Source: Azospirillaceae bacterium (GTDB lineage Bacteria > Pseudomonadota > Alphaproteobacteria > Azospirillales > Azospirillaceae). Taken from it: a stretch of 64,000 bases of DNA. The notes beneath the pieces are model-generated. The model searched no databases and had not been told where the DNA came from. It saw only the letters and a list, made by a program, of their open reading frames with translations. The stretch lies in assembly GCA_028277115.1 (NCBI GenBank), contig JANQHG010000096.1:1-64000 (forward strand). The letters run 5' to 3'. The translations under genes and the position numbers were made by a program. Below are positions 36,866-46,616 of the stretch, one piece after another; the first letter of the stretch is position 1, and the number at the start of each line of letters is the position of its first letter.

Positions 36866-38236
36866 ATGATCCGCGAGGCCCCCGACTACGATGTTGCGGT
36901 TGTCGGCGCCGGTCTCGCCGGTTTGGCGGCGGCGCGCCGGCTGGTCGGCGCCGGCCGCTCGGTCCGCGTCTTCGAAGCCCGTGACCGGGTCGGCGGCCGG
37001 ATTCTCGACCATCGCACCACCCAGGGGCCGATCGTCCCGCTTGGCGCCACCTGGTTCGGTCCGGATGAGCCACGGTTGCCGTCGTTGATGTCGTCCCTCG
37101 GCATCGATCCCGCGCCCCAGTACGAAACAGGAACAGTCACTTTGCGCATTCTGGGCAGGACGATTGTTGCGGCCGACGGCGACTGTGAGCGGGTGTCGGC
37201 GTATCCACTGCCGCGGAGCGCCCTGACACCGAGCTTTCGTGCCCTTTTGGCACGATTTCGCGATCTGACCGAACAGGTGCCGCTGGACAACCCGGCCGGC
37301 CATCCGATGGCCGAGGTCTGGGACCGGATGACGACGGAAGACTGGCTCCGAGACCAAGACGTGCCGGACCAGGACCGCCAGTTGTTTCGCGCGATGGTGC
37401 TGGAGTCCGAGCTGTGGAACGAGACCCGCGAGGTCTCTTTCCTGTTCACCCTGTTTCTGTGGCGATCGCTGGTCAATCTCATGGTCGACGACCGTCGGGT
37501 GAAGGGCGGCACCGCGCAGATCACCGCCCGTCTCGCCGCCGAGCTCGGCGACCGGGTCGAAATGCAGGCGCCGATTACCGCGGTGCAGCAGACCGAGGAC
37601 CGGGTTCGGGTGAACGCCGGTGACCGGACCTGGACCGCCCGGCGGGCAATCGTCGCGATGGCGCCCAGCCTGTGGCCCCGGATCGCGTTCGATCCGCCGC
37701 TGCCGGAGGACCGCCGGGCGATCGCGGCGAGGATGCAGATGGCGAAGGTGATCCGCATCCATGCGGTCTACCCGACGCCGTTCTGGCGCAGCGCTGGTGC
37801 TTCGGGGCTGTCGTTCTCCGACGACGGGCCGCTCTACGGCACCTTCGACATTTCTCCCGAGGACGGCAGCGTCGGTCTTGTGACCGGCTTCATCGCCGGC
37901 CGGCACGCGACCGCCTGGCGGCCCCGGACCGCCGCCGAGCGCGAGGCCGCGGTGCTCTCGCAGCTGGTCGAGCTGTTCGGCCCCGCCGCCGCCGAGCCGA
38001 TCGAGTTCATCGAACACAGCTGGCCGGATGAGGATTGGAGCGGCGGCTGCTATGCCGGTCTGCTGCCGCCGGGTGTCCTGACCGCGCCCGGCGTGGCGTG
38101 GCCGCCGGGCGCACCGCTCGGGCGGGTGCACTTCGCCGGCACCGAAACCTCGCCGAGCTGGTACGGGTCGATGGAAGGTGCGCTCGATTCGGCCGAACGG
38201 GTCGTTGGTGAGGTGCTCACCGGGCTGGGTGGGTGA
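36866..38236 (+). CDS. flavin-containing amine oxidase (FAD-dependent oxidoreductase)
   Basis: DVAVVGAGLAGLAAARRL dinucleotide-binding motif. C-terminal HFAGTETS typical of the amine oxidase family. ATG at 36866 with RBS GAGAGGG. Confidence 0.85.
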   Translation: MIREAPDYDVAVVGAGLAGLAAARRLVGAGRSVRVFEARDRVGGRILDHRTTQGPIVPLGATWFGPDEPRLPSLMSSLGIDPAPQYETGTVTLRILGRTIVAADGDCERVSAYPLPRSALTPSFRALLARFRDLTEQVPLDNPAGHPMAEVWDRMTTEDWLRDQDVPDQDRQLFRAMVLESELWNETREVSFLFTLFLWRSLVNLMVDDRRVKGGTAQITARLAAELGDRVEMQAPITAVQQTEDRVRVNAGDRTWTARRAIVAMAPSLWPRIAFDPPLPEDRRAIAARMQMAKVIRIHAVYPTPFWRSAGASGLSFSDDGPLYGTFDISPEDGSVGLVTGFIAGRHATAWRPRTAAEREAAVLSQLVELFGPAAAEPIEFIEHSWPDEDWSGGCYAGLLPPGVLTAPGVAWPPGAPLGRVHFAGTETSPSWYGSMEGALDSAERVVGEVLTGLGG

Positions 38237-38469
38237 GTCGCCGGCGCCGGAGTTCGGCCTGACGGCCGGCAGTCCTTCTGCCGCCGGGGCGCCCGGGACC
38301 GGCACGTCGGCCAGTCTGCGCACCCTCGCCGAACATCTGTTCGCCAAGGTCTTGCGCCAACGCTGGCAAAAACATAACGAAAAGGTCTTGACCCGGCCGG
38401 TGCTGAGCATCGATGAAGCCCAGGAGATCCGCCCGCCCTTTCCTTTTGCGACCACCCCGGCCGGACCGA

Positions 38470-39050
38470 TCAGCCGGCCGGGTCGTCGGCCGCGCCGGAG
38501 ATCTCGCGGACCGCGGCGACCAGTTCCTCGTTATCGAACGGCTTGAAGAACACCGCGTCGGCGCCGAAGGTCGCGGCAAGGGCGGCCGAGTATTCGATGG
38601 TCGCGCGCCCCGGCGCGCCGCCGGAGATCGCGATCACCGGGATCTCCGGACAATGGACCCGAAGATGTTTGAGCAGGTCGACACCGTCCATGTTTGGCCA
38701 GCGCTCTCGCCCCCTGCGCCGACCCCGCGGGCCCGCAACAGACACGCGACGCCGAGATACACCCCGGGCGGCACCAGAAGACCGAAGACGAAATGGACGG
38801 GCGGATAGTCGAACGACCAATAGGCACGCGCCAACAGGTCGCCCAGGACCACCGCGCCGAGCCAGCTGCGCGGCACCGGCAACAGGCTCGCCATCAACAC
38901 GCCCGCGGGCAGGAACCAGACGCTGACGTTGCGCCCGACCTCAAGCAGTTCGGCCGCCGGCGACAGACCGTAATGAGCAAGACAATAGGCCGCGACGCCC
39001 CCGCCCAAGACCGCGATCCGGCGCAACGGCCCGGCGCCCCGCCCGCTCAC
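38470..39050 (-). pseudogene. frameshifted/truncated gene: N-terminal membrane segment ORF (38634-39050) and C-terminal half of a response-regulator receiver domain (38470-38693)
   Basis: Receiver-like ...MDGVDLLKHLRVHCPEIPVIAISG...ADAVFFKPFDNEELVAAVREI. The N-terminal half with the phospho-Asp is missing. It overlaps, in another frame, the end of a hydrophobic ORF. Confidence 0.35.
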
Positions 39051-39090
39051 GACGGGGCGTTAACTCGCTTCAAGCGTCGAAACTCGCCGA

Positions 39091-39276
39091 TCATACTCGC
39101 CAAGCTTGGGCTGGAGCAAGGTGACCAAAGCCGGCGTTGATCATCGTCAAACTATTGAGTTCATTGCGTACGTCACGCAGCTCGGTTTCGAACCCGTCCA
39201 TTCGGGTCTCCATAACGCCGAAGCGGCGCTGGAGGTCTTTTGGGATTTCGAGGGTGAGATCATGCGGTTCGGACAT
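39091..39276 (-). CDS. hypothetical small charged helical protein (61 aa)
   Basis: Charged heptad-like pattern (LEIPKDLQRRFGVMETRMDGFETELRDVRNELNSL) in a locally lower-GC stretch. No clear RBS. Confidence 0.3.
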   Translation of the reverse strand: MSEPHDLTLEIPKDLQRRFGVMETRMDGFETELRDVRNELNSLTMINAGFGHLAPAQAWRV

Positions 39277-39561
39277 CGGCCGGCCATAAATCTATGCGAT
39301 TGGATTAAGTATGTCGGGCCCATGGCATCGCTGTCAACGCGACCCGGCGACCGCGGCGGCGCGGTGGCGACGCACGCGGGCGACAGGGTTTGAGAGAAGA
39401 CCGGTCGCCGCGCGCTCGGCGACCGCGGGCTCCATTGTGTTGGTAGGGGGATGCTGCTATATCCCTGCCGGTGCTACTTGGGGCGACCGCGGCCGAGCCG
39501 GGCTGCGGGCCGCGCCCGTGGCGGCCCCCGGGGACCCCACGCGCCACTTTGGACGACGCTG

Positions 39562-40326
39562 ATGACGAGACGCCGTCGCATCTATGAGGGCAAGGCAAAG
39601 GTCCTGTTCGAGGGGCCGGAGCCCGGCACCCTGGTGCAGTACTTCAAGGATGATGCGACCGCGTTCAATAACCAAAAGCACGGCATCATCACTGGCAAGG
39701 GCGTCCTCAACAACCGCATCTCCGAATACCTGATGACCCGGCTCGGCGAAATCGGCGTGCCGACCCATTTCGTCCGCCGGCTCAACATGCGCGAGCAGCT
39801 GGTCCGCGAGGTCGAGATCATCCCGATCGAGGTGGTGGTGCGCAACATCGCCGCCGGCTCGCTGACCCGCCGGTTCGCGATCCCCGAGGGGACACCGCTG
39901 CCGCGCTCGATCGTCGAGTATTATTACAAGTCGGACGACCTCAACGACCCGATGGTCGCCGAAGAGCACATCACGGCGTTTGGCTGGGCCTCGCCCCAGG
40001 ACCTGGACGACATGATGTCGCTGGCGCTTCGCGTCAACGATTACCTGACCGGGCTGTTCCTCGGCATCGGGCTCAAGCTCGTCGACTTCAAGCTCGAGTT
40101 CGGCCGCTTGTGGGAAAACGACGAGATGCGGATCGTGGTCGCCGACGAGATCAGCCCGGACAACTGCCGCCTGTGGGACGTCAAGACCAACGAGAAGCTC
40201 GACAAGGACCGGTTCCGCCAGGATCTCGGCCGGGTCGCCGAGGCCTATCAGGAGGTCGCACGCCGGCTCGGCATCCTGCCCGAGGTCGGGCCGACCGACG
40301 TCCGCGGCCCGGTCGCGATCACCTGA
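39562..40326 (+). CDS. purC: phosphoribosylaminoimidazole-succinocarboxamide synthase
   Basis: [12 protein letters not shown]...DFKLEFG SAICAR synthetase signatures. 254 aa. Confidence 0.95.
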   Translation: MTRRRRIYEGKAKVLFEGPEPGTLVQYFKDDATAFNNQKHGIITGKGVLNNRISEYLMTRLGEIGVPTHFVRRLNMREQLVREVEIIPIEVVVRNIAAGSLTRRFAIPEGTPLPRSIVEYYYKSDDLNDPMVAEEHITAFGWASPQDLDDMMSLALRVNDYLTGLFLGIGLKLVDFKLEFGRLWENDEMRIVVADEISPDNCRLWDVKTNEKLDKDRFRQDLGRVAEAYQEVARRLGILPEVGPTDVRGPVAIT

Positions 40327-40376
40327 TCCGGCCGCGGCGCCGCTCGATCCCCAATTGACATGCGACGGATGGCCAG

Positions 40377-40634
40377 ATGAAGGTGCGGGTGGATGTCCGG
40401 CTGCGCGCGGCGGTGCTCGATCCCCAGGGGGCGGCGATTCGCCAGGCGTTGACCGACCTCGGTTTCGACCGGGTCGGCGAGGTCCGCCAGGGCAAGGTGA
40501 TCGAACTCGAGCTCGACGAAACCGATCCGGCCCAGGCCCGCACCACGGTCGAGGAGATGTGCCGACGCCTGCTCGCCAACCCGGTGATCGAGGACTATGC
40601 GATCACCCTCCCATCGACCGACCCGCCGCACTGA
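40377..40634 (+). CDS. purS: phosphoribosylformylglycinamidine synthase subunit PurS
   Basis: 85 aa. MKVRVDVRLRAAVLDPQGAAIRQAL... typical PurS. Confidence 0.9.
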   Translation: MKVRVDVRLRAAVLDPQGAAIRQALTDLGFDRVGEVRQGKVIELELDETDPAQARTTVEEMCRRLLANPVIEDYAITLPSTDPPH

Positions 40635-40653
40635 TCGCGAACTCTTCGGTGTC

Positions 40654-41328
40654 ATGAAGTCTCCGTTCGACGTGTCGGAACCGCTGCCCGGTCCGGTGGT
40701 GACGCTGGAACCGCTGGCACCGGCGCACCGCGACGGCTTGGCCGCGATCGCGACGACGCCCGAGCTCTGGGCCTACATGCCGATCGATGCCGGCACCCCG
40801 GAGGGCTTTGCCGCGATGTTCGACGCAGCGCTCGCCGGCTTGGCCGCACACACCGAGTTTCCCTATGCGGTGCGCCTGACCGACACGGGGTGCTTGGTCG
40901 GGTCGACCCGGTTCCTCAACATTTCGGTCGCCGACGCCGGGCTCGAGATCGGCTGGACCTGGTATGCCCGCGACCACTGGGGCGGTGTGATCAACCCCGC
41001 GGCCAAGCGGGTGTTGATGGGCCACGCGTTCGAGCGGTTGGGGGCCGAACGCGTCGGGTTTCGCTGCGACGCCCGCAACCGGCGCAGCCACCAGGCGATC
41101 CTGCGCCTCGGTGCGGTCGAGGAAGGCGTGCTGCGCCGGCACAAGCGGGTCCAGCACGGGTTCTTGCGCGACACCGTCCAGTTCAGCGTGATCGCCGAAG
41201 AGTGGCCGGCGGTGCGCGACCGCCTCGACGCCCGGCTCGCCGCGGCCGGGGTTGGTGGTCCAGGCACCCAGTCCGATCTCGTCGGGAGAGTGTTGGGATT
41301 GTCACCCCAAACTACGAATCGGTCGTAG
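40654..41328 (+). CDS. GNAT-family N-acetyltransferase (RimJ/RimL-like)
   Basis: Acetyl-CoA-binding-like HAFERLGAERVGFRCDARNRRSHQAILRLGA. ATG at 40654 (MKSPFD). Confidence 0.75.
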   Translation: MKSPFDVSEPLPGPVVTLEPLAPAHRDGLAAIATTPELWAYMPIDAGTPEGFAAMFDAALAGLAAHTEFPYAVRLTDTGCLVGSTRFLNISVADAGLEIGWTWYARDHWGGVINPAAKRVLMGHAFERLGAERVGFRCDARNRRSHQAILRLGAVEEGVLRRHKRVQHGFLRDTVQFSVIAEEWPAVRDRLDARLAAAGVGGPGTQSDLVGRVLGLSPQTTNRS

Positions 41329-41382
41329 GTTGGGTTGAAACCCCAACAGTCCGGCATTTGCCGATCAAGGCGCGAGCCATGT

Positions 41383-41697
41383 TCAAAAATACTGAGCGCG
41401 CACCACCTCGACGTCGGACAGGGTGACGATGCCCGAATAGTTCTCCAAGAGTGCGGCGCAGCTTTCGGTAATGCGCTCGGCGACCGCCGGATCGACCACG
41501 GCGATGATCATCACGTGCTGGTAGACGTCGAGCACCGCCCAGTCGCCGCCGGTGGCGCCACGGTGCTGGCCCTTGCCGGCGACGCTCGGCACCACCGTGT
41601 AGCCGCGGGCGCCGAGACGCTCCAACGTCTCGATCACCGCGCCGGCACGGCTGCGCTCGACCACGATCTCGACCTTCTTCTTGGGATGAAGCGCCAT
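41383..41697 (-). CDS. PII-like signalling protein (SbtB-like)
   Basis: 104 aa from ATG 41697 with RBS AAGGGGAG. KKVEIVVERSRAGAVIETLERLGARGYTVVPSVAGKGQHRG matches the GlnB-like fold. Directly downstream of sbtA. Confidence 0.75.
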   Translation of the reverse strand: MALHPKKKVEIVVERSRAGAVIETLERLGARGYTVVPSVAGKGQHRGATGGDWAVLDVYQHVMIIAVVDPAVAERITESCAALLENYSGIVTLSDVEVVRAQYF

Positions 41698-41738
41698 CGA
41701 GTTGCTCCCCTTGGTTGCTCCCCTTAAAAGAGGCCGGG

Positions 41739-42770
41739 TCAGGCGAAACCGACCAGGCGTGCGCACGCGAAATAGAGCGGGATCCCGACCAGCACATTGA
41801 ACGGGAAGGTGATGACCAAGGACAATGTGACGTAGATGCCCGGGTTGGCCTCCGGCAGCGCCAACCGCATCGCCGCCGGCACCGCGATATAGGATGCGCT
41901 GGCCGCCAGTACCGCGAGCAACGCGGCGCCGCCGAGCGACAGGCCGAGTGCCGCCGCCGCCCCGAGCCCGAACAGCGCGCCGACCGGCGGCATCACCAGC
42001 GCAAACACCACCAACCGCCAGTCGAGCGCGCCGGCACCGCTGAGCCGCCGCGCCGCCAACAGACCCATGTCGAGCAGGAACAGGCAGAGCACGCCGTTGA
42101 ACAGGTCCCGGACCAACGGCGCGACCGCGTCCATCCCGCGCGCGCCCGAGGCGCTGCCGATCAGGAATCCGCCGATCAACAGGACGACGCTGGCGTTCAA
42201 GAAAATCTCGCGCAGGAGTTCGCCCGACAGCCCGAGCCGACCGCCGACCCCGCCCGCACCGCCGTCACTTGCGGCCCTGGCCCCGGCCCCGGATGCGCCG
42301 CCCGCGCGCGCCAGGATCAGGCCCGAGATGATCGCCGGCGTTTCCATGAGCGCCATCATCGCGACCAGGTAGCCTTCGAACGGAATCCCCTGGATCTCCA
42401 GGAATTGGACCGCGGTCACGAAGGTGACGACGCTGACCGAGCCGTAGTGCGCGGCGATTGCGCCGGCGTCGATCCGGTCGATCCGCGCGAATGCGCGCAG
42501 CGCCGCGTACGCGATCGGCGGCATCAGGAAGCTGAGCAGGATCGCCACGAGCAGCGCCGGCACCACCTCGCCCACGCCGGCATCGCCGGTGATCACCGCG
42601 TGGCCGCCCTTAAAGCCGATCGCCAGCATCAGATAGATCGACATGCCGCGGCCGAGGGTCTCGGGGACGTGGAGGTCGGACTTGGCAAGGGCCGCCGCAA
42701 CCCCGAGCGCAAAGCACAGGATCATCGGCGAGGTCAGGTTCATCAGGCCGAGATCGACAATCTCAGACAC
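41739..42770 (-). CDS. sbtA: sodium-dependent bicarbonate transporter family permease (SbtA/DUF897)
   Basis: 343 aa. Two inverted 5-TM-like repeats separated by a Gly/Ala-rich cytoplasmic loop. Confidence 0.8.
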   Translation of the reverse strand: MSEIVDLGLMNLTSPMILCFALGVAAALAKSDLHVPETLGRGMSIYLMLAIGFKGGHAVITGDAGVGEVVPALLVAILLSFLMPPIAYAALRAFARIDRIDAGAIAAHYGSVSVVTFVTAVQFLEIQGIPFEGYLVAMMALMETPAIISGLILARAGGASGAGARAASDGGAGGVGGRLGLSGELLREIFLNASVVLLIGGFLIGSASGARGMDAVAPLVRDLFNGVLCLFLLDMGLLAARRLSGAGALDWRLVVFALVMPPVGALFGLGAAAALGLSLGGAALLAVLAASASYIAVPAAMRLALPEANPGIYVTLSLVITFPFNVLVGIPLYFACARLVGFA

Positions 42771-42843
42771 GGGGGGAGACCATCTCCGCGGGACAACGGG
42801 CGGGATCGACCGGCCGGGCCGGGGTCGACCCCGGCCCGGCCGA

Positions 42844-43581
42844 TCACGGGTCGAGGGGTGGCAAGCGGTACCAGCCGTCGCGTCCCAGCGCCTCGAGCGG
42901 CTGAAAGCGCGCCTTGTACGCCATCTTGCGGCTGGCCGCGATCCAATAGCCGAGATAGACGTGGGACCGCCCGTCGCGCAGGCAACGGTCGACCAGGGCG
43001 AGGATTAAGAAGGTGCCGAGACTGCGCCGATCGGCCTCGGGTTCGAAGAAGCTGTAGACCGCCGAGACGCCGTCGGCGACTCGATCGGTCAGGATCACCC
43101 CGGTCAACCGGCCCTTCGGGTCGCGCGCCTCGAACAGGCAGGTGTCGGCGCGGCCTTCGTCGATCATCGCGCTGAAATCGGCCATGCCCATGCGCGCCAT
43201 GTCGCTGTCGGCATGGCGCGAGCGCTGATAGCGCGAGAACAGGCGATACTGTTCGCTGGTCGCGACCGCCGGCGCCTCGGCGATTGCGAGGTCGGCGTTG
43301 CGCCGCCACACCCGGCGTAGCGACCGCGACGGCTCGAACTCGCCGACGGGGATGCGCACCGGCACGCAGGCCGAACAGGCCGGGCACACCGGCCGGTAGA
43401 CGATATCGTGGCTGCGGCGAAAGCCGGCGCGCGACAGGGTCGAATTGACCTCGGCGGCGAACGGGCCGGCGAGACGGGTGAACAACTTGCGTTCGACCTT
43501 CCCCGCAAGATAGGGGCACGGCATCGGGCCGGACCGATAGAACTGCTGGATCGGTCGGTGCCGGAGCGGGATGACGGACAT
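42844..43581 (-). CDS. bpt: arginyl-tRNA--protein transferase (bacterial Bpt / Ate1-like)
   Basis: CPYLAGKVERKLFT...CPACSACVPVRI... typical Ate1_N/Ate1_C. ATG 43581 with RBS AGGAG. Confidence 0.9.
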   Translation of the reverse strand: MSVIPLRHRPIQQFYRSGPMPCPYLAGKVERKLFTRLAGPFAAEVNSTLSRAGFRRSHDIVYRPVCPACSACVPVRIPVGEFEPSRSLRRVWRRNADLAIAEAPAVATSEQYRLFSRYQRSRHADSDMARMGMADFSAMIDEGRADTCLFEARDPKGRLTGVILTDRVADGVSAVYSFFEPEADRRSLGTFLILALVDRCLRDGRSHVYLGYWIAASRKMAYKARFQPLEALGRDGWYRLPPLDP

Positions 43582-43914
43582 CGTCACTCCTGAGTGGGTC
43601 CGGCCGCGCCGCACGCGCCGAAGGCCGGCGCGTCCTGCATGGGCCGGGTGCTGCACCCGCGGCCCCTTGGACCGCAAGTCACATATCTATCGCATGCCGC
43701 GGCAGACCGCGCCAAATGCGAATCGTCGCTGCAGTGCACCTAAGCGCTGAGCGCATGGCCGCCCCCCAGCGCGCGCGCGTCTCGGGCCCCCGGGGTCGGC
43801 GGGACGCCGACCCTCCGGAATTCCCGCCATTCGGGCTTGACGGGCGACCATCGGCGGCCGAGAACGGGGGCGGTCGCCCACCCCGCCCCCGTTTGCGAAG
43901 CCCCCCTGGCCGCC

Positions 43915-44403
43915 ATGCCGTTCGACCCCCGCCAGTTCCGCGATACGCTTGGTTGCTTCGCCACCGGGGTCACCGTGGTCACGTCCGTCGATGCCGCCGC
44001 GCGGCCGTTCGGGGTCACGGTCAACTCGTTTACCTCGGTGTCGCTCGACCCGCCGTTGATCCTGGTCTGCCTCGGCCTCACCACCATCGGGCTCGATGCG
44101 TTGGGTGCGGATCATCCGTTTGTGGTCAACATCCTCGACGAGTCGGACGAGGCGGTGTCGACCCGCTTTGCCACCCGCGACCGCCAAGCCGACTGGACCG
44201 GGGTCGCGGTCGCGCCCGACGCGTGGCACGGCTGCCCGCGGCTCGCCGGCGGGCTGGCCCACCTCGACTGCCGCCTCAGCCGCCGGATCGATGCCGGCGA
44301 CCATGCGATCCTGCTCGGCGCGGTCGAGGGGTTGGCCCGCCACCCGGATCGCCGCCCACTCCTTTATCTCCGCGGCCGCTACGCCCGATTGGCCGAGACC
44401 TGA
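43915..44403 (+). CDS. flavin reductase family protein (HpaC-like)
   Basis: FRDTLGCFATGVTVVTS...FTSVSLDPPLILVCL motif of flavin reductase-like domain. Confidence 0.8.
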   Translation: MPFDPRQFRDTLGCFATGVTVVTSVDAAARPFGVTVNSFTSVSLDPPLILVCLGLTTIGLDALGADHPFVVNILDESDEAVSTRFATRDRQADWTGVAVAPDAWHGCPRLAGGLAHLDCRLSRRIDAGDHAILLGAVEGLARHPDRRPLLYLRGRYARLAET

Positions 44404-44440
44404 CCGACCCCGCTCGCCCACCATCCGAGGTGACACGCGC

Positions 44441-45523
44441 GTGTCCGAGACCCCTGCCCCACCCCACACCACCTCACCCCGCACCACGCCATCCCACACC
44501 ACCGATGTCGCGATCATCGGCGCCGGTCCGGTCGGTCTGTTTGCGGTGTTCGCCTGCGGCATGCTGCGGCTCCAAGCCCATGTGATCGACGTGCTCGACG
44601 TGGCCGGCGGCCAGTGCTCGGCGCTCTACCCGGAAAAGCCGATCTACGACATCCCCGGCTATCCATCGATTCTGGCCCAGGATCTGGTCGACCGCTTGAG
44701 CGAGCAGGCCCGGCCGTTTGGGGCGACCTTCCACCTCGGCCAGCAGGTCACCGGGCTCGCACGCCGCAGCGACGGGCGCTGGCGGCTCGAGACCGCGGCC
44801 GGCACCGTGATCAACGCCGGTGCAGTGATCATCGCCGCCGGGGTCGGCGCGTTCGGGCCGAACCGGCCGCCGCTCGACGGGCTCGCGGCGTACGAGGGCC
44901 GCTCGGTGTTCTATCTGGTGCGCCGGCGCCAGGACTTCGCCGGCCGGCGGGTGGTGATCGCGGGCGGCGGCGATTCGGCGGTCGATTGGGCGCTGTCGCT
45001 CGCCGAGGTTGCGGCGTCGGTCCAGCTGGTCCACCGCCGGCCCAAGTTCCGCGCCGCCCCGGACAGCGTCGCCAAGCTCGAAGCGCTCGCGAAATCGGGT
45101 GGGGTCGAGCTGGTGGTGCCCTACCAATTGGCCGGGCTCGAGGGCGCGGACGGCCAACTGTCCGCGGTCCGGGTGGCTGACCTGGACGGCGCCGAGCGGC
45201 GGCTCGACGCCGATGTGCTGCTGCCGTTCTACGGGCTTGCGACCAATCTCGGGCCGATCCTGGGCTGGGGCCTCAACCAGGAGCGCAACCTGATCCCGAT
45301 CGACCCGACCACCGCGGCGACCAACCTGCCCGGCGTGTTCGCGGTCGGCGACATCGCGAGCTACCCGCACAAGCTGAAGCTGATCCTGACCGGCTTTGCC
45401 GAGGCGTCGCAGGCCGCCCACGCGATCTTCCCGATCGTCCGCCCGGGCGAGGCCCTGCACTTCGAGCATTCGACCACCAAGGGCGTGCCCGGGCGCGCCG
45501 GGGCGACCCCGGCCGCACCATGA
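44441..45523 (+). CDS. ferredoxin--NADP+ reductase, thioredoxin-reductase-like type
   Basis: DVAIIGAGPVGLFA FAD motif, second dinucleotide motif VVIAGGGDSAVDWA. GTG start with RBS GAGGTGA. Confidence 0.8.
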   Translation: MSETPAPPHTTSPRTTPSHTTDVAIIGAGPVGLFAVFACGMLRLQAHVIDVLDVAGGQCSALYPEKPIYDIPGYPSILAQDLVDRLSEQARPFGATFHLGQQVTGLARRSDGRWRLETAAGTVINAGAVIIAAGVGAFGPNRPPLDGLAAYEGRSVFYLVRRRQDFAGRRVVIAGGGDSAVDWALSLAEVAASVQLVHRRPKFRAAPDSVAKLEALAKSGGVELVVPYQLAGLEGADGQLSAVRVADLDGAERRLDADVLLPFYGLATNLGPILGWGLNQERNLIPIDPTTAATNLPGVFAVGDIASYPHKLKLILTGFAEASQAAHAIFPIVRPGEALHFEHSTTKGVPGRAGATPAAP

Positions 45524-46596
45524 CGGCGCTGGTGCCGCTGGCGCTTGCGCTGGTCAACCTTGCGCTGGCGGCCGCGCTTGCGGCGGCGCTGATCGTCGCG
45601 ATCGGCGCCGACCCGGTGGTCGCGTTCGATCTCTTGTGGTTCGGCGCGTTCGGCTATGGCGAGGCGGTCGGCTACACCCTGACCTATGCCACCAGCTTCG
45701 TGTTCGCCGGGCTCGCGGTCGCGATCGCGCGTCACGCCGGGCTGTTCAACATCGGCGGCGAGGGCCAGGCGATCCTGGGCGGGCTCGGGGTCGGGCTGGT
45801 CGCGCTCGCGCTCGACGACTGGCCGTGGCCGGTGGTCGCGGCCGCCGCCGTCGCGACGGGTGCGGCGTTCGGCGCGGCCTGGGCGTGGCTGCCCGGCTGG
45901 CTGCAGGCGCGGCGCGGCGCCCATGTCGTGATCACCACGATCATGGCCAACCAGATCGCCGCCGCCTTGATGACCTGGCTGATGGTCGATGTTCTGATCG
46001 CGCCGCATGGCCAGGCCCCGGAAAGCCGGGTGTTCGCCGCCGGGTCGTGGCTGCCGTCGGTCGCCGAGGTCCTGGCGCCCCTCGGGCTCGAGGTGGCGCC
46101 GAGCCCGCTCAACCTGTCGGCGGTGCTGGCGCTGGCGATGGCGGCCGCGGCGTGGGCGTTGATCTATCGCACGCCGCGCGGGTTCGAGCTGCGCGCGGTC
46201 GGCGCCAATGCCGAGGCGGCGCGCCGCGCCGGGATCGACCCCGGCGGCGTGGTGGTGCGGGCGATGGTGCTCTCCGGCGCCTGCGCCGGGCTGGTCGGGG
46301 TCAACGAGATTTTGGGCGTCCACCACCGCCTGTTGCTCGGCTTCACCGGCGGGGTCGGCTTTGTCGGGGTCGCGGTCGCGATGATCGGGCGCAACCACCC
46401 GCTCGGCGTCGTACTGGCGGCCCTGTTGTTCGGTGCGCTTGTCCAGGGCGGCTCGGAATTGGCGTTCGAGTACCGCGCGCTCGACCGCGACTTCGTGATC
46501 ATCCTGCAGGGCTTGGTGATCTTCCTGGCCGGCGGGCTCGAGGGTCTGGTACGCCCGTGGCTGGCCCGGCGCGCGCGCCGCCGCGCCACGGCCTGA
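45520..46596 (+). CDS. ABC transporter permease (simple-sugar/nucleoside YufP-like family)
   Basis: Multi-TM permease. No ATPase or binding-protein gene is adjacent. Confidence 0.8.
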   Translation: MTALVPLALALVNLALAAALAAALIVAIGADPVVAFDLLWFGAFGYGEAVGYTLTYATSFVFAGLAVAIARHAGLFNIGGEGQAILGGLGVGLVALALDDWPWPVVAAAAVATGAAFGAAWAWLPGWLQARRGAHVVITTIMANQIAAALMTWLMVDVLIAPHGQAPESRVFAAGSWLPSVAEVLAPLGLEVAPSPLNLSAVLALAMAAAAWALIYRTPRGFELRAVGANAEAARRAGIDPGGVVVRAMVLSGACAGLVGVNEILGVHHRLLLGFTGGVGFVGVAVAMIGRNHPLGVVLAALLFGALVQGGSELAFEYRALDRDFVIILQGLVIFLAGGLEGLVRPWLARRARRRATA

Positions 46597-46616
46597 CCGT
46601 CGGGGCGGGCGCGGCC

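Noticed and set aside
39106-39393. 95-aa plus-strand ORF opposite the 61-aa minus-strand ORF
   Set aside because: The two are mutually antisense. The minus-strand peptide has the more protein-like amphipathic pattern. Neither has an RBS, so only the minus one is listed, at low confidence.
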